A stretch of 64,000 nt of DNA. Source: Chrysomallon squamiferum (lineage: Eukaryota; Animalia; Mollusca). Both the position numbers and the translations under genes were made by a program. Location: the NCBI GenBank assembly GCA_012295275.1, contig CM022666.1, positions 8,618,001 through 8,682,000 on the forward strand, given 5' to 3'. This document shows, piece after piece, positions 58,609 through 64,000 of this stretch (position 1 is its first letter; each line of letters starts with the position of its first letter). Below the pieces are notes generated by a model. It saw only the letters and a program-made list of their open reading frames with translations. It was not told the origin of the DNA and made no database searches.

Positions 58609-59379
58609 ATGAAAATAAGAAATTATTAAATAAATAAATACATAAATAAATAAATAAATAAATAAACAAACAAATATTTAATTAAATAAGAAAAAATATA
58701 TGTGAATAATTAAATAAAATAAAACAAAATACACAGATAAATAAATGACAATATATATATATATATATATTAGGTAAGTAAGTAAATAATGAATATGTAA
58801 ATAAATGAAGAAATAGAATAGTAAGGGACGAGGAAATTAATTAAAAAATAAATAAAATAGAAATGAAATAAAATAAAATGATATATACAAAACAAAAATA
58901 ATAAAATAAAATAAAATAAATAAATAACAGAAAAAATCAGTCAATAAATACATGCATAAAATTAAAAATAAAGACATCATTATTGCCAATATCATTATTG
59001 TTATTATTATTATTATTATTAAACTTGATTAGTAGTAGTAGTGGTATAGTAGTAGTTGTAGTGGTAGTAGTAGTAGTGGTATAGTAGTAGTAGTAGTAGT
59101 AGTGGTAGTAGCAGTAGTAGTAATGATAATAATAATAATAATAATAATAAAAAATAATAATAATAATAATAATAATAATCATAAAAGCAACAGTGAAAAC
59201 AATAATAACAAAGACAACAACAACAACAATAATAATAACAATAATAACAATAGTAATGACAACAACAACAATACCAATATTAACATCGTCATTATTTTCT
59301 TATATCGTTTTTTTTTTTTTTTTTCATATCAATTTCCGTTTCATTTCTTTCTAAAAATTATTAAAAAGAAATTCACGCA

Positions 59380-59930
59380 TTATTATTTAATCAGTTACTT
59401 GTTTACTCTTTGGTGTCAACGAGAACACAAACAGCAAACGAGTACAGAAAAATGTTCAGACAAAATTTAATCCGAAATTGATCGACCATAGCGAAATTCA
59501 CCCGCCATTTTGGTTCAGCCAACAGTGATCAATTTCCGCGCATGTATATTCATTGATAAGTCAGTTTCTGTCTAATTAATTTCGATAAATGAAACATCGT
59601 TGGAGTGATTGTGTTTCGAACTTGCCGACACTGAGGTATGGGAACACCCGTACAAAGTGACAGCAGCCGGGCGAGCGGAGTTTATTGAAATATTACTTCG
59701 CTTTATAAGTTTAATACAGCTTTAATGAAATGCTGAAAAATATATTAAAGAAAGCGAATGTGACATAACCTCTGAGTGTTATGGCGTGCGTGTTCAACCA
59801 GAGATATTGATACACGGGGAAAATGAAATTGATTCTTTTTTCTAGCGTTGTCGTCGATACGGTGTCGTTCGCACCGGACTCCACAGAGGGTCATTAATCT
59901 CATTTGTTGACTGCGAGACACACAGGTAAA
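59380..59930. promoter_or_regulatory. Complex island (putative CNE)
   Basis: High complexity with CpG retained, multiple TAAT/ATTA cores and TGACAG. Confidence 0.3.
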
Positions 59931-60385
59931 AATAAAAATAATTAATAATTTAAAAATATGTTTATTAATACGGAGAAATAATGAAAAATAGCAAAACAGT
60001 AAGGGCAGAGAAACAAATAAAAATATTAGGGAAGGGAAAAAGAAAAGAAAAAAGGGAATGATGATGATGATGATGATAATAAATAAATAAATTAAAAATA
60101 AGATAAAAGTAATATTAATATATATATATATATAAACTGGCACATATAAAAACGAAGGTAATGGATATTTAGTTCTGTTTTTCAGAATTAAATTAATATA
60201 TAAAGGGATAATGAAAAAAGTATTTATTACACTTTATGAGGATTAATGAACTGGCTGATTCTGATTAGTATCATCTGGGTACAATTTAATATTAGTTGTA
60301 ACTAGGTAAGAAATGAATTATCATCATCATTTTCTTCTTCTTCTGTTTCTTCTTTCTCTTCTTCTTCTCCTTCTTATTATTATTG

Positions 60386-60453
<68 letters not shown>

Positions 60454-60649
60454 GTTGTTGTTGTTATTGTTATTATTACTACTACTACTACTACTACTTC
60501 TAAAAACATATGTATACACACACACAAAGAAAAAACTGAGCATTTTATTTAAAAAAAAAAAAAAAAATTGGAATAATTCTATACAGCAACGAAAAAAAAA
60601 AACCAGAAAAAAGAAGAAGAAATTATGAAATTTACATGTAAAAAAGACG

Positions 60650-61020
60650 AGAAGTACAGTTATAACGAGGCTAGTGAATCAAAGTCAATTAAACTAATGG
60701 AATGTGACTCAGGCTTTTCAATATCACAGATTTTCGGCGAAGATTTCCACTGACAGACTTGTAAACATGGAAACGCGCGCTAGACAGGGTCACTTCCGGA
60801 GATGGCTAACAGTTCCCTCCTCGGAATACGTTCTGGCGGCTTTCTGCGCGCGCTTGTCAATTGCCCCTCACGCTCGAGCGCGCAGTCCCCTTCCACGCCG
60901 GTCCAGTCCGCACCGAGATGAATTTTCCTAATTGAGAATAATGTCCCTTTAATCTGATTAGTCGCTTTGATCATGTCGACTTTCATCGCCGTTCTTAGCT
61001 CATATTGTTTCTTTAGAACT
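60650..61020. promoter_or_regulatory. CpG-rich promoter/enhancer-like island
   Basis: AP-1 TGACTCA (60705), Fox TGTAAACA (60760), ETS CACTTCCGG (60791) next to YY1-like AGATGGC, and P3 palindrome TAATCTGATTA (60950-60960). Confidence 0.4.
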
Positions 61021-61027
61021 TCTTAAT

Positions 61028-61135
<108 letters not shown>

Positions 61136-61344
61136 AAGAAGAAAAGGTGTGAAAGAAACTGAAATCCACACGTGATAAGAACTGAGAAAAAAGTATGAAA
61201 AGAAAGAAAGAAAGAAAGGTAATACGTATTTCTTTTTTTCTTTTTTCTCTCTGTTTTACATTCTATCTGCTATTTACTCTTCAGCTCTTGGAGTGTGATT
61301 CTCTCTCTGACATATTAAAACATGTAGATTAATAGTCAAAATCA

Positions 61345-61870
61345 CAGACAGCTGGAAAACTAGATGCACAGACAGAAACACAGAGAGAGAGAGATACAAA
61401 ATAGATAGGTACAGACAGATAGAGACAGATATAAAAACAGATAGATAAATAGAATGTAGAGGGAGAGACAGACAGACGGATAAACATACAAATGGACTGA
61501 CGAAAAGATAAACATCAAACTGATAGGTAGATAGATAGACAGACAGAGAGACAAACGGATAGATAGATAGACAGATATGTAAGAACAGACACAACAGATA
61601 AACAAATACAGATGGATTGATAAACAAATAAACGGAGAGAAAGAAATAGAAACGGACAAATAAATAGATGGATAGAAAAAAAGAAAGAAAGAGATAGACA
61701 GATAGAGAGATAGATAAATAGATACATACATACATACATACATACATACATACATGGTTAGATACATAGCTAGGTAGACAGACAAAGCGACAGCGTGATA
61801 GACAGACAGACAGACATAAAACAAGCAAAATGACAGCCTGACAGACAGATGGGTGGATACACACAGACAT
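61345..61870. repeat. Degenerate (GATA/GACA/CATA)n low-complexity repeat
   Basis: Tetranucleotide periodicity that produces the longest (198/209 aa) spurious ORFs. Confidence 0.9.
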
Positions 61871-63152
61871 TTACGAAAGAAATGAAAAATAAAATATAGA
61901 ATAATAATTGGATAAAGAAAAAAAACTAAGCTAAAAAACGTGAAATCTGGAATTGTGATGTACCCGCTCACCCAGTGATTCGTTCTCAAATTTTTATTTC
62001 TAATATTTTGTCACTTTGTAACTGGTATACGATATTTATGTACTTCGCTTTAAAACGTAATAAATATTTATGGGCGTGAAATATATACTCAATCGGCCAA
62101 TTATAGAGCAAAGGCTGAAAAAAAGAAAAAGAAACCCGCTTTTCGCGGCATTAAATAAATTTTAAACAGATCAAATTTAAAGTGCACTTATTGTTGAAGT
62201 TAATTAATTTACATAGATGAGATCAAATTCTGCTGAACGGTACATAATTTTACAGTTGTACATTTCACTGTTAAACTATTTTGAGATTTGGGAAACCGTT
62301 CTTTTGTGTTTTTCTTCGTGTTTTTTCTTCAGACGAAAGTAAATAAACAGAAAAAGAAAGAAAAAAATTATATATATATATATTGAAAAAAAGAAGAAAA
62401 TTAAAGAAATATAAAAATAAAGAGGAAATGTAAATAAATAAATAAATAAAAAAGGAACTAGAAGAATTTTTTTTTTAAAGAAATAAAGAAAATTACGCAT
62501 GTATATATGCTTCTGTGTTTATGTTATACATACGTTTTTATATATACCATACAGATTTGTTTGAGTATGTGTAAGTGTGTATATGTGAGTGTGTATGTGT
62601 GTGCGTATGTGTCAGTACAAAGACAGGTGTGTATATAAATATTATGTATAAAATTCCTATTTATGTCTGTTTCTTAGCTATATATCAATATACACACAGC
62701 TAAATAATGACACATAGATATGCGCTGACATTCTTTCACAGACACAATTATATATATATATCTATCTATCTATCTATCTATATATATATATATCAGTACT
62801 TAGAAAAATGTAAAATTAATCATATATTTATTATTAAATTACAAAAAATAGTTTAAAAACAAATAATAATAATAAAATAAAACAAGCAAATTAACACATA
62901 AATAAATGAATGAAGTTTAAACAATAATTAAAAAAATATATATATATATAATAATATAAATAAATTTTGGATAATTAACGTAGTAATGAATTAATAATAT
63001 AGTATCTAAATTAATTTTTAAATTGAACAGAATAGAATACAAAAATAAATTTAAAACAAATAATGAAATAATATTATAATAAATTTATTATGATAACAAA
63101 ATAAAATAAAATAAAATAAATATGTAAACAAATGCATAAATATATAAGTTTA

Positions 63153-63187
<35 letters not shown>

Positions 63188-64000
63188 GTAAAGCAATAAA
63201 TAAATAAAGCAATAAATAAATATCAACAATATCAACTTATTGTGTGTACTTTTCATAAAAATGGTACTCAAAATTAAACTGCAATGAAATTGACAGCGTA
63301 GAGAATTGTCAGTTTCTCAAGTACCGTTATAAAAATGTACATTTCCTTTGTACAGTTTCCTTTGAGGAGGTCCTAATAATGAGACAGCGAATTCTAATAA
63401 GACCGATGTCTAATGAAAAGTGTTCTAGGGGTGGGGACATGCCAGAGACGACAGAAGCTTTCCCCTGGGTAACGCGAGCGAGGCGAAATGATTTCTATTG
63501 AAACAAGTAAACACGATAAACACACAGCGATGACCTTTGTAAAGTATCAACAATATCTTATATACGAAATGTCAAAACAAAATTTACGATATGATTTCAA
63601 CATGTCCGCAGAACGAAAACTCACATTTCAATAAAGCCGCGTAAAATGTGTTTGTTTTCTTTTGTGAGCTTGCCATAAATTTTCACATAAACCCCCCACA
63701 CCTCGAGTCCTTCAAGAGATTAACATTTTTCTCTTTTATTATTATTATTTTTTATTCTATATTCATTAGTTTGCAATGTATGTCTGATTTTGAAACGAAC
63801 GTCATTTGAGTATTAAACGGAATGAAAATATGATTTCTTATGCTAATACAGAAATTATTTGTTCAACTGTATTCATACTTAAAACATAATATTTTTATTT
63901 TCTATTTAATATTTCGAAGCGGTAATGTGGCAGGAAAGTATTTATTCATAAAAAAAGAGAAAAATGATAATATTTTGTGTGATAGCTTTATGGCTTCTGT

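Noticed and set aside
61274-61989. Longest ORFs (198 and 209 aa, - strand)
   Set aside because: They are translations of degenerate GATA/GACA/CATA repeats with LSVY-type composition and no domain.

Overview
This is 64 kb of very AT-rich, microsatellite-saturated eukaryotic DNA that is almost entirely non-coding. The compound (AAT)/(AAC)/(AGT)/(GAT), (AG), (AAAT) and (TATG) repeats resemble octopod cephalopod genomes, but this is an inference and SSR-rich crustaceans cannot be excluded. I recognise no protein, tRNA, rRNA, conserved miRNA, CRISPR array or intact transposon. Most ORF-track entries are translations of simple repeats, and the remainder are unrecognisable short ORFs. The main structure is about 30 short (0.2-1 kb) islands of complex, CpG-retaining sequence separated by SSR and AT-rich spacers. 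The islands carry palindromic and dimeric transcription-factor motifs (RFX X-boxes, nuclear-receptor DR1/DR0/ER4, TCF, CRE, E-box, ETS, P3 homeodomain). This looks like a giant intron or gene desert of a developmental or neural gene. The best evidence for a gene is a small + strand candidate exon starting at 37395 and a candidate terminal exon with 3'UTR-like sequence starting at 51116; the gene is not identified. I cannot support a genuinely novel biological system. The findings below are testable hypotheses.
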